Of a stretch of 64,000 bases of DNA, positions 46,436 to 60,452 are shown one piece after another. Under the pieces are notes generated by a model. That model searched no databases, had not been told where the DNA came from, and saw nothing but the letters and a program-made list of their open reading frames with translations. Within the stretch, counting starts at the first letter, position 1. Every line of letters starts with the position of its first letter. Position numbers and translations under genes: made by a program. The DNA comes from an uncultured Planctomycetota bacterium (GTDB taxonomy: Bacteria > Planctomycetota > Planctomycetia > Isosphaerales > Isosphaeraceae), in NCBI GenBank assembly GCA_963845755.1, contig CAWJTV010000043.1, positions 1 to 64,000 of the forward strand. The letters are read 5' to 3'.

Positions 46436-47293
46436 ATGCCACATCGACGGTTCCTAGCCCTCATCGTCATGACTGGAGTCAGCGGCCTCCATGGGGTCGA
46501 CACACGGGCCGACGAGCCGCCGTCCTACGAGGTGTACGCTGTCCGGTATGGCACGTGCCCCGGCTGTCCAGTCTCTTTTCTCGTGCAGGGGGCCGAACCG
46601 CAGCGGAAGGTCGACCTCGCCATGACTTTCTGGGTGCTGAAAGGCCCAGACGGGCGGACGGTCCTGGTCGATGCCGGGTTCTACCGGCCGCAGTTCTTCA
46701 AGGAGTTCGAAGGGATCGCCGACTACACTCGACCCGACCGGGCGGTTGGGCGACTCGGGATCAAGCCGGAAGAGGTCACCGACGTCATCGTCACACACAT
46801 GCACTCGGATCACGTCGATGGTGTCGATTTGTTTCCGAAGGCAACGGTCTGGATCCAGAAAGATGAGTTCAATCATTACACGCGCGAGGTCAAGCCGCCG
46901 TCCGGCAAAGGCGCGCCGACCGAGCTGGATGACGTCTCGGCCCTGGTGAAGCTGAACACCGAGGGCCGTGTTCGTCTGGTCGACGGCGACGCCAAGGAGA
47001 TCATACCGGGAGTGACGATTTACACCGGAGGGAAGCACACGTTCGCGTCGCAGTACGTGGGCGTAAATACGAAGTCGGGCCGCATGGTGGTGGCGTCGGA
47101 CAACGTCTATCTGTACGAGAACCTCGACAAGCACATGCCGATCACGGCTACGCTCGACGCCAAGTCAAACCTGGCTGCGCAGGACCGGATGAAGCAGCTC
47201 GCGACCAACCCCCGATTGATCATCCCGGGACACGACCCGGAGGTGTTCGTCCGGTTCCCGAAGCCGGGGAATGGTGTGGCTCGAATCGAGTAG
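46436..47293 (+). CDS. Metallo-beta-lactamase fold, N-acyl homoserine lactonase family, with signal-peptide-like N-terminus
   Basis: LVDAG, THMHSDHVDG, GGKHT, ASDNVY, IPGHD. Confidence 0.85.
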   Translation: MPHRRFLALIVMTGVSGLHGVDTRADEPPSYEVYAVRYGTCPGCPVSFLVQGAEPQRKVDLAMTFWVLKGPDGRTVLVDAGFYRPQFFKEFEGIADYTRPDRAVGRLGIKPEEVTDVIVTHMHSDHVDGVDLFPKATVWIQKDEFNHYTREVKPPSGKGAPTELDDVSALVKLNTEGRVRLVDGDAKEIIPGVTIYTGGKHTFASQYVGVNTKSGRMVVASDNVYLYENLDKHMPITATLDAKSNLAAQDRMKQLATNPRLIIPGHDPEVFVRFPKPGNGVARIE

Positions 47294-47942
47294 GACTGAG
47301 AGCGGGAATCGTGGTGTACGCGGACCCTCCCTTCACGAGGAGCGAAGGGACATGCACTGCAACGCCAGCAGCTTCCAGTGGCCGGATGTTGACCACAAGC
47401 TTAACCTATTATGAGCAAAACGGTTCGGGTGTTTCGGCAATGCCCGAGCTTGGGAGATCCTCCCTGCGGTGCAGATGTTTCCAACTCCGACGGCGCTACA
47501 TCCCGAAGACCCGCATGCGGCTCCAGCGCATGTCGCTCATCGACCGGCGGGAAACCGATCAGGGGGTTCCAGTGCCTGGCTGTCTTTCCAGCCAGTCGCG
47601 CTGGGCGACGAGCTCATGATGATGTGGCGACTCGTCTTCCCAGGCTTTCACGGCTTTCCTGGACACCTTCGATTTGCGACGAATTTGTGGGTGTCTGGAT
47701 TCGCGCGTCTGGATTTCCCTGTCGGGCGCAAGCTCAATTGCAAGAGCCGGATTAGCCAGAGTGATGACCTGCGATCAGACAGGCTCTTGCAACTCTGCAC
47801 AGTTTTTCCGACGCAAACCATTGCTATAAAAAGGCTTATGAGTATCACACAACTGACAACTCTGCACGGTGCAGATGTCGAGTCTTAATTTATTCGTCGA
47901 GATTTGTCGACGTAACATACTGTAACTTAACGACTTGCGTAA

Positions 47943-47988
47943 TGGGCGATGAGGGATTCGAACCCCCGACATCCTGCGTGTAAAGCAG
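47943..47988 (-). repeat. Displaced tRNA-Val 3' half, copy A
   Basis: 45/46 identity to 51971-52016. Confidence 0.95.
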
Positions 47989-52043
<4,055 letters not shown>

Positions 52044-52117
52044 ATTGTCGTGAGACGATCCCATTTGGTCCACGTTAGCGTTCTTGCCCGGAGAATTCCA
52101 TCCGAAAAGTTACCACC

Positions 52118-53185
52118 TCAATTCGATGGATGGGGATCGCCCAACGAGTGCCGGGGCGGAATCTCGCCCTTCGTAGAGGACGATTTGGGAGTCGTCGTCG
52201 GTGCCGCCTTCTCGTCGCCAGGCTGAATGCGCCGAGCGGAGACGACTTTCCAGCCGGTGTCGATGCCTTCGAGACGAAAACGCACGAGCTTCAATCGCAA
52301 GCGACTCGGCGGGTCGCCCAGCGAGGCAAGTCGATCGGTTACCGTTGCGGTCACTTCGGCTTGCTCGTAGACGAAGGGACCATCCGGCTTGAGCGTCCAG
52401 AAGGGCCGCTTGAGGAGGCCGTCCCACGGCTGGGGCGAGTCGGCGACGTCGAGGGCCAGCGCCTTGGCTACCTCCGGCAGTGGAGGCTTGGCCGACTCGA
52501 TCAGCATCCTGTAGGTCGGCAGGATGCGCTCGGGCTTGAGCGTCCTGGACAGATCCTCGAAGACCTTGCCCAACTGTTCTGCCGAGTCGAAAATATCGTT
52601 GGGATCGCCGCTCTGCATCTTCTCGTAGAGACCCGACTTCTTGGCGTCCTCCTTGGCTTCGTGGAGCTTGTCGAGCGTTTCTCCGGCGAGTCCCAGCGGA
52701 TGCTTGGGTGTAAACCGCTTCGCACCGGAATCATAGACAAAATCCGCGTCGATCTTCGTGTGCAACACGGCCAGGGGCGCAAATGAGCCCTTGAATTGTT
52801 GATCGCGGGCTTTCTGATGGGAGAGACTTCGGATGGAACGGATCCCGGGAGGCTCGTCGATTGTGCTCAACTTTCGGGCGGACTCCTCGTCCTGGCGGAC
52901 CAGGGCATCGAGGTAGTTCTTGGCTACATGCTCAACCGCGTCCAGGATGCGCGGCGGCTTCGGCTTGAGCCGCGGCCAGTAGACCATGATGACCACCGCT
53001 CCGCTGGCCAAAAGCGCCAAGAAGCTCAGCCCGATCCATTTCCAGCGCCGCGAACGCCGCTCGACAGCCTCCTCGGACGGAACGAAGGTCGAGGGGGTCG
53101 CCGCTGGCTCATCGGCTGGGCGGGTGGCTCGGGGCTTCGCGGCCGAGGGCTCCGTTGAGGACGGACGTCGAGGGCTCTTTTCCAT
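52118..53185 (-). CDS. Membrane-anchored hypothetical protein
   Basis: 355 aa ORF with one TM helix and normal codon usage. Confidence 0.75.
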   Translation of the reverse strand: MEKSPRRPSSTEPSAAKPRATRPADEPAATPSTFVPSEEAVERRSRRWKWIGLSFLALLASGAVVIMVYWPRLKPKPPRILDAVEHVAKNYLDALVRQDEESARKLSTIDEPPGIRSIRSLSHQKARDQQFKGSFAPLAVLHTKIDADFVYDSGAKRFTPKHPLGLAGETLDKLHEAKEDAKKSGLYEKMQSGDPNDIFDSAEQLGKVFEDLSRTLKPERILPTYRMLIESAKPPLPEVAKALALDVADSPQPWDGLLKRPFWTLKPDGPFVYEQAEVTATVTDRLASLGDPPSRLRLKLVRFRLEGIDTGWKVVSARRIQPGDEKAAPTTTPKSSSTKGEIPPRHSLGDPHPSN

Positions 53186-53203
53186 GTCGGTACCGATCCG
53201 TTC

Positions 53204-53627
53204 TCAGGGTTTGGCCGGGCGGTTCCGCGCCGGCTCGGTCCGTTCGTGGCCCGACTGCTGCAACGCCGACGCGATCCGCGCTGAAGGTCGGGACGACCTG
53301 GCGCTCGATCAGTTCCGTCGTCCGCCAGGCCGACTCGGCCGTATCTGCCATCGCGTCGAAGAGGTCCGCCCCGACCGCGATCAATCGGCTCAACACCCAG
53401 CCCGCGAACCCGCACCCGCCCAGCGACGAGAGCGCGATGATTCCCATGATGTTCCGCTCGCCACAGGTGAACTGCGCATCCGAGAGCAGCGTTCGCGACT
53501 GGTCCAGAAAGATCGTCAATCCCAGGCCGAAAAAGCCGACCTGGACCAGCTTGGCCACCAGCGCCAGCCGGCGCCCACCTTTCCGAAGGCCCTGGTAATG
53601 CGTTCGCTGGAGAGGTTCGCGATTCAT
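53204..53627 (-). CDS. Small two-TM hypothetical protein; frameshift near 53280
   Basis: Two hydrophobic segments; GAAAGGGA RBS; likely end RIASALQQ..AKP* at 53204. Confidence 0.6.
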
Positions 53628-53683
53628 CTTTCCCTTTCACCCCATGAGGGCGTCCGACGCAGTGGGCAGCCCGGTGTGCTCGA

Positions 53684-54584
53684 TTATACGGATTTCTCCG
53701 GTGAAGGGAGTTCACGCGATTCCCGACGTTCGAGGACGTAAAAGACCCGGCGATGACCTTCGGTATCGTTGCGGAGGAAATAAATCGCGCGATAGCCGGC
53801 ATCGAAGGCGGAGCCGAAAGCTAGACCGACCGTCTGGCGCCACGGCTCGGCCAGATCGGGGCGATCGCGCCGCAGCTTGTTGATATCGGCGGGGATCTCG
53901 AGCAGGACCCGAGGTGCTCCCAAGACCGGCCCAATGCGGATTGGGAGAGCCGTACGATCGTGTTTCGCCTCACTCCTTTCCTCCGGGCGCGTTTGGATGA
54001 GCCGCGGAAAGACTGCCGCTGCATCCGGACGGAGCTGGACGTTCGACTCACCATCCACATCCCACTCGGCAATCAGTCGGTCCGTCGGGACACCCGCGTT
54101 GAGCGCGTCGGTCCGTTCGCCGTACATATTATCGATGTAACGCCCAGCGGAAGCGCCCAGCCGGACCAGATTGAAATAGGCGTTGCCTGCCTGGAGCGGG
54201 TCGAAGGCCCAGGCGATCAGGCCGATTCGTTGAGCCCGGGCAAAATCGCGCTGAAGGATCTTGATCTGGTAGCCCAAGCCGCGCGACTGGTACTCGGGCG
54301 CCACACCCGTCAACTGGGAGTAAAGGCAGAGCCGGTCCTCGACGCGTCCGAGGAAGGCGAATGACATCGCGATCGCCTCGCCGTTCGACAGGAACGCCGC
54401 CCAGGACCAGCCCCCCGTGGAGGTTGGCACCGACCATGGTCGCCACCGGGATCAGGTAACCGTCCTCGGCGATTCCCCACGCCCGTTGCTGGGCATGCTG
54501 GCAGGCTCGATAATCGGCGACCGTCTCGGCGCGTCGTATGGTGATCTCGTTGTCAAGTTTCAAGTTCGGCGTGGTGTTGGTCAT
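53684..54584 (-). CDS. GNAT acyltransferase (D-amino acid N-succinyltransferase-like); frameshift near 54397
   Basis: LYSQLTGVAPEYQSRGLGYQIK, WAFDPLQAGNAYFNLVRLGA, NMYG..D.LN.G.PTDRL. Confidence 0.82.
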
Positions 54585-55749
54585 GCTTCGACCTGTAGTT
54601 CGAGCAGGAGCGCGGCCAGGAGGGCGGCCCGCTCAGGAAGCGAATCGATCAGGATATGCTCGTCATCGGCGTGGGCACCTCCGCCGTGCGCGCCGAGGCC
54701 GTCGAGGGTCGGGACGCCCAGCGCCGCGGTGAAATTCCCGTCGCTGCCGCCGCCGGTCGAGCCTTCCATGAGTTCCAGTCCCAGCCCCCGGCCGATGCGC
54801 TGAGCTTGCTCGAAGAGGGCAGCGATCGCGGGCGATCGCTCCATGGGCGGTCTCGTGAATTGACCGGTCACCAGAACCTGCACATCGACCGTGAACGGAC
54901 TCAGGGCCAGGAGCGCTCGCGTGATCCGTTCGGCTTCCGCAAGGGTGGTCACTCGCACGTCGATCTCCGCCGACGCCTGAGCCGGCACGACGTTGGCCGT
55001 CGTGCCTCCCTGGATCACGCCCACATTCAGTGTCGTCCCGACCGCTGGTTCTTGCAACTCCTGAACTCGCAGCACCTGGTGGGCCAGCTCCACGATCGCG
55101 TTTCGGCCATCGTGAGGAGCAACTCCGGCATGGGCGGCCTTGCCCTGGACGTCGAGCCGGAACCGGCCGACTCCCTTCCGCGCCGTCTTGAGGCCGCCGT
55201 CCGCCATCGGCGGCTCCAGTACCAGAACATACGCACATTGGAGCGCCACTTCTTCGATCAGAGCACGTGAAGTGGGGCTTCCAATCTCCTCATCAGAAGT
55301 GAACAAGGCCCAAACCGGCCGCGGAATCGAGCGCTCAGGGCCCGAGAAGACGTCATCCAACATGAGGGAGGAGAACATGGCCAGGCCGGCTTTCATGTCG
55401 AAGACGCCCGGGCCGAAGCGCGACCGTCCTCGATGCGAAAGGGCATCCTCTCAAGTGTCCCTCTGGGCCAGACGGTGTCGTAATGGCCCAGAACCAGCGC
55501 CGGGCGCCGATCGCTCGGCCCCGGGAACCGAGCGAAGACATGGCCGCCCCCCTGGGTGTTGCTGGTCACCTCGACCAGCGCTGTACTCGATCGCAAGAGC
55601 CTCATCAGGTGCGCCGCGCAGATGTCGAGGGCCGGCTTGTCGCGGCTGGGGGATTCCCGGCGAACAAGCTCTTCGAGAAGGCGCAGCATGTCGTCTCGAC
55701 GGTCGGCGTGCATCTGACCCACCAGCTCCTGGATGATATTTTTTCTCAT
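54581..55749 (-). CDS. M20 family metallopeptidase (carboxypeptidase G2/desuccinylase-like); frameshift near 55420
   Basis: LGHYDTVW, GPGVFDMKAG, SDEEIGS, GKAAHAG, GGSDGN, GAHADDE. Confidence 0.9.
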
Positions 55750-56864
55750 ACGAGCTTCTTCACTCCTCGAGTGTCAGGCGCGAAGCGACCGGGCCTTGAT
55801 GCGTTCCTCGATCGGCTCGACCCCCAGACCGGGCCCCTCGAATACACGGATTGCCCCATTCTCCGCCAGGATCGGCGGCTCGACCATGTCCTCGGCATAA
55901 TACTTATCCGAGCCGGAGATATCGCCGGGTAGTGTGAATCCGGGCAAGGCGGCGATGGCCACATTGGCCGCCCGGCCGATGCCGAACTCGTGCATACCAC
56001 CACACCAGACCGGGACGCCGCGAGCCCAGCAAACATCGTGTACGCGTTTGGCTTCGAGCAAGCCACCGACCCGGCTCACCTTGATGTTGATCACTCGGCA
56101 GGCCCCCAGTTCGAGCGCCTTCCGAGCGTCGTCGGCCGAATGGATGCTCTCGTCCAGGCAAATCGGTGTGTTCAAGGCGGCCTGAAGCCGCGCGTGGTCG
56201 ATGATATCATCGTGGGCCAACGGTTGTTCGATCAAGAGCAAGTCGAATTCGTCCAGGGCCTTAAGCGTGGGGAGATCCTCGAGGGTATAGGCCGAATTCG
56301 CGTTAACCTGAAGCGGCATTGAAGGATATCGCTGGCGGACCTGGCGGACGACGTCCACATCCCGACCTGGCGCGATCTTCAGTTTGATCCGGCGATACCC
56401 TTCGTCCAGATAACGATCGATCTGGTCGAATAGATCCTCGACCCGCTGCTCGATTCCCAGGCTGACACCTGAAAGGATTTCAGGGCGCGTGCCGCCGGTC
56501 AGAGCATGTAACGGGAGTCCCTGCACCGGGCCAGGACATCCCAGCAGGCCATCTCCAGTCCGGCCCTGGCGAACCGGTTCCCCTTCACCCGGTGGTACAG
56601 TCCGACCAGCTCCTCCACCGTGGACCATTCCCGCCCCAGGACTGCCGGTGCCAGGAAATCCTTCAGGATATGCCAGCAGGTCTCCGTCGTCTCCGGGCAG
56701 TAATAGGGATCGGATGGGCTGGCACACTCGCCCCAGCCGACCACTCCGCCGGCCACCACCCGCACCAGGATATGGTCGAGATGTGCCTTGAGGCTGGAGC
56801 TCGTCTGGAACGGACGCACCAGCGGAAGACGGACAATTCTCAGCTCGATCTGCTCGATTAGCAT
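55746..56864 (-). CDS. menC: o-Succinylbenzoate synthase / N-acylamino acid racemase (enolase superfamily); frameshifts near 56520 and 55795
   Basis: GWGEC, PYYCPET, RIKLKI, EQPL, ICLDESI, INIKVSRVGG, WCGGMHE, LPGDIS; the first metal-ligand position reads N (VNANS) instead of the usual D. Confidence 0.82.
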
Positions 56865-57280
56865 GCGTTCACTCGGTAAGCCGTCAACACGAAGAAGCCC
56901 TTGGAGGCCCGTGGCTCTCCAGGATTCCTGATCCATTATCCGAACCAGGGCTCTCGAAGAAATCCCAGTTGGCCAGACGAGTTGGCGGATCCTCGATTGG
57001 AGGGGGACCGTGCATTTTCGTGCGTTCTTCCCATTCGGCCTGTTGCCTGGTACTTGGAAGAACGCAGCCAGCGTGTTAAACTCATGATTAACGTCAAAGG
57101 TTCTCGCGTCCTGGTCGCTTGAACGCGTCGTGCACTGAGATCCGGCTGGCCGTCTGTGACGTCCGCGTACGGCCCACGACCCATTCGACACCGGGCGGCT
57201 GCAACGACGGGCGAAGTTCGCAATCTGCTTGCTCGTACACCCACCTGCGCTCTCGCCTTGCTCACCAAGGAGCCGACATC

Positions 57281-58660
57281 ATGACTGATTCGAACGACGG
57301 CGGCGTCCCGCCGCGATTTCCTCAAGACGACGGGAACGGTCGCCACGGCCTCGGCCCTTGCTGGCGTGACCGTTCCGTCGGTGCATGCAGCATCCGACAA
57401 CACCATGCGGGTGGCGCTGGTCGGCTGCGGCGGCCGGGGCACGGGTGCGGCCGCGAATGCCCTCAGTACCAAACAGGGGCCCATCAAGATCGTGGCGATG
57501 GCCGACGTTTTCAAGAATCGCCTGGACGACAGCTACGAGGAGCTGAAGAAGTCCCACGGCTCGCAGGTCGATGTGCCCAAGGATCGCCAGTTCATCGGGT
57601 TCGACGGCTATCAGAAGGCCATGGACTGCCTCAAGCCGGGTGATATCGTGATCCTCACGACCCCGCCGGCCTTCCGCTGGGTCCACTTTACCTACGCCAT
57701 CGAGAAGGGAATCCATACCTTCATGGAGAAGCCGGTCACCGTCGATGGCCCGACGACCCGGAAGATGATGACTCTCGCCGAGGAGGCGAAGAAGAAGAAC
57801 CTCAAGGTCGGCGTCGGCCTGATGTGCCGCCACTGTGAGGCGCGCCAGGAACTCTTCAATCGGATCAAGGACGGCGAGATCGGCGACATATTGATGCTTC
57901 GGGCCTACCGCCAGCATGGTCCGGTCGGTTCGGCGCTCACGGGCCCCAAGCCCGACGGCATCAGCGAGCTGATGTACCAGATCAAGAATTTCCACGGATT
58001 CCTCTGGGCCAGCGGTGGCTGCTACAGCGATTTCTACATCCACAACATCGACGAATGCTGCTGGATGAAGGATAGCTGGCCCGTCTCGGCCAAGGGTACG
58101 GGTGCGCGCACCTACCGGGGCGACTACGTCGACCAGAATTTCGACACCTACTCGATCGAGTATACCTTCGGTGACGGCGCCAAGATGTTCCTGGAGGGAC
58201 GGAACATCGATGGGTGCAACCAGGAGTTCGCCAGCTACGCGCGCACGGTTCCAAGGGCTGCGCGATCATCTCGTGGAACTCGCACAGCCCGGCCCGTTGC
58301 GCCATCTTCAAGGGGCAGAATTTCACCCGAGCCGACCGGGTCTGGGCCTTCCCACAACCGGAACCGAACCCCTACCAGGTCGAGTGGGACGACCTGATCC
58401 ATGCCATCCATAAGGACAAGCTCTACAACGAGGTCCGGCGCGGGGCTGAGGCGAGCCTGGTCACGTCGATGGGCCGGATGGCCGCCCACACCGGACAGGT
58501 GGTGAAGTTCAGCGACATCCTCGAGTGCAAGAACGAGTTCGCGCCCCAGGTGGACAAGCTGACGCTGGCCAGCGCCGCCCCGATCCAGCTCGATACCAAG
58601 ACCAAGCGCTATCCTTTCCCGCAGCCCGGGATCATCCGCGACCGCGAATACCTGGTCTGA
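57281..58660 (+). CDS. Tat-exported Gfo/Idh/MocA oxidoreductase; frameshifts near 57300 and 58240
   Basis: AAGGAG RBS, SRRDFLK, LVGCGGRGTGA, FMEKPV, IHNIDE. Confidence 0.9.
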
Positions 58661-58675
58661 TCCGTACCACTCGGC

Positions 58676-58718
58676 GGCGAGCCCCCCGAGCCCAAACCTG
58701 GGGGCTCGCCTGCTCTTC
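58676..58718 (+). terminator. Stem-loop terminator candidate
   Basis: GGCGAGCCCCC...GGGGGCTCGCC just after the oxidoreductase stop; weak U-tract. Confidence 0.5.
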
Positions 58719-59048
58719 GATCAGATCGTTGGGTAAACGGCAAAGAAGTCTTAAGTACGGCATATATAAAATAGATAAAAATCAATAGAAACATTAAATT
58801 CAATTATTTGGATTGGATCCTTTAGGCCTCGTGTTCGACCGTAGCTCGCCCACCTCTACGTGCACTTTATGCCTCTCGAAAGTTAGGGACTCCCTTCGAT
58901 CTCCACCGGCTTGCGATCTGCATTTCGGGGCGGCATCGATCCGTGATGCAGCGGTTTTCTTGCAATTTCTTGGTGCATTTCGTGCTTTTCGAGGTTAGAC
59001 TCTTCTTTCATTCCACTCGGACATTCTTCTCTGGGTCGCACCGAGATC

Positions 59049-60305
59049 ATGAGCACCGAATCAGGTAGCCCGAAGGTTGCAAGTTCGCGCATCGTCTCGA
59101 TGGACCAGTTCCGCGGCTACACGGTCGCGGGGATGTTCCTGGTGAACTTCGTAGGCGGACTGGCGGCCTTCCCGGAGGTCCTCAAGCATCACAACGGTCA
59201 TCCGTACTTCAGTTACGCCGACACGATCATGCCGAGTTTCATGTTCGCCGTCGGCTTCTCCTATCGGTTGACGACACTGAGACGGCTCGCCCAGCAGGGG
59301 CCGGGGCGGACGTACGGACACGTGGTCATCCGCAGCCTTGCTCTGGTCCTCATCTCGCTCGTGATGTACATGGCCGGTGATATCGAACCACTCAGGGATT
59401 GGTCGAAGGTGACCCCGAGAGCGACCTGGGAGCTGGTGGGCGAGTTACTGAAGGCGAATCTTTGGGAAGTGCTGGCGATCATCGGAATCACCCAGATCCT
59501 GATCATGCCGGTCATTGCCGCGAGCACACGGGTCCGAACCCTGGCCTGGATCGGCTGTGCGGGAGTCCATTTGATCCTCTCGTATCTGTTCAACTTCGCG
59601 TTCGTCTACGGCACACCGAATGGTGTGGACAGCTTCCTCGGTTTGACCGGCCGGAGTGCGTGGGATGGCGGTTTCTTCGGGCCGATCGGCTGGGCGATCC
59701 CGATGCTGTTCGGCTCGCTGGCCTACGACGTCGTTTCGAGCCGGACCCCCTGGAACGCGACGGCTCGCCTGCTCGGCTCGGGGATCCTCCTGATGGGTGT
59801 CGGTTACGTCTTCAATTGCTTGGGGACGCTCTACGACACCGACAAGGGAATCTCGGTCGAGCTGATCGGCAAGGATGTCGCTGCCTCGCCGGTGATCCCT
59901 CCGTTGCGGAACGCACAGGGCCGTTCGTGGGAATCGCTCATGGCCACCCCTCCGTTCATGCAGCCGCCGCCGATCGACGTCCGGCCGCATAGCTACTGGT
60001 CGATGAACAAGAAGATGGTCAGCCTGCCGTTCACGTTGTTCTCGTCGGGCTTCGCGCTGGCCTTGTATGCCCTGTTCATTCCCTTGTGCGACGTGGTGGG
60101 GCTCCAGATCGGCTTCTTCCGCACGTTCGGCCAGAACCCGCTCGCCGCCTACGTCATCCATCACATGGTCGAAGGAGCCGTCCTGTCGGTGGTGCCCAAG
60201 AACTCTCCGCTCTGGTACGGCGTCGTGGGACTGGTCATCTTCTTCGCGATCACCTACCTGTTCGTACGATACCTGGAGAAGAACAGGATCTACCTGAGGC
60301 TGTGA
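59049..60305 (+). CDS. Membrane acyltransferase-like protein (HGSNAT/DUF5009-like)
   Basis: [44 protein letters not shown], many TM helices. Confidence 0.8.
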   Translation: MSTESGSPKVASSRIVSMDQFRGYTVAGMFLVNFVGGLAAFPEVLKHHNGHPYFSYADTIMPSFMFAVGFSYRLTTLRRLAQQGPGRTYGHVVIRSLALVLISLVMYMAGDIEPLRDWSKVTPRATWELVGELLKANLWEVLAIIGITQILIMPVIAASTRVRTLAWIGCAGVHLILSYLFNFAFVYGTPNGVDSFLGLTGRSAWDGGFFGPIGWAIPMLFGSLAYDVVSSRTPWNATARLLGSGILLMGVGYVFNCLGTLYDTDKGISVELIGKDVAASPVIPPLRNAQGRSWESLMATPPFMQPPPIDVRPHSYWSMNKKMVSLPFTLFSSGFALALYALFIPLCDVVGLQIGFFRTFGQNPLAAYVIHHMVEGAVLSVVPKNSPLWYGVVGLVIFFAITYLFVRYLEKNRIYLRL

Positions 60306-60452
60306 TTCCGCCGGCTCGACCTCAGTCTCGACCCGAGTGCCCTGAGCAACCGCGGCGCTGTCGCTCCACCGAATTGACGAGGCGGCAGAGATTCCGCTAG
60401 GTTGATACTCGGGGCATGTCGGTCGGTTGGACTTCCGTGGCGAGGCGGGCTC

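Larger units (their letters stand above)
45632..47942. mobile_element. tRNA-Val-integrated element E3 (~2.3 kb), no integrase seen
   Basis: Bounded by att copies B and A; both ends share TCTGCAC repeats. Confidence 0.78.

Noticed and set aside
47311..47780. Possible gene in the E3 right interior
   Set aside because: Only short inconsistent ORFs with no recognisable family; may be debris.
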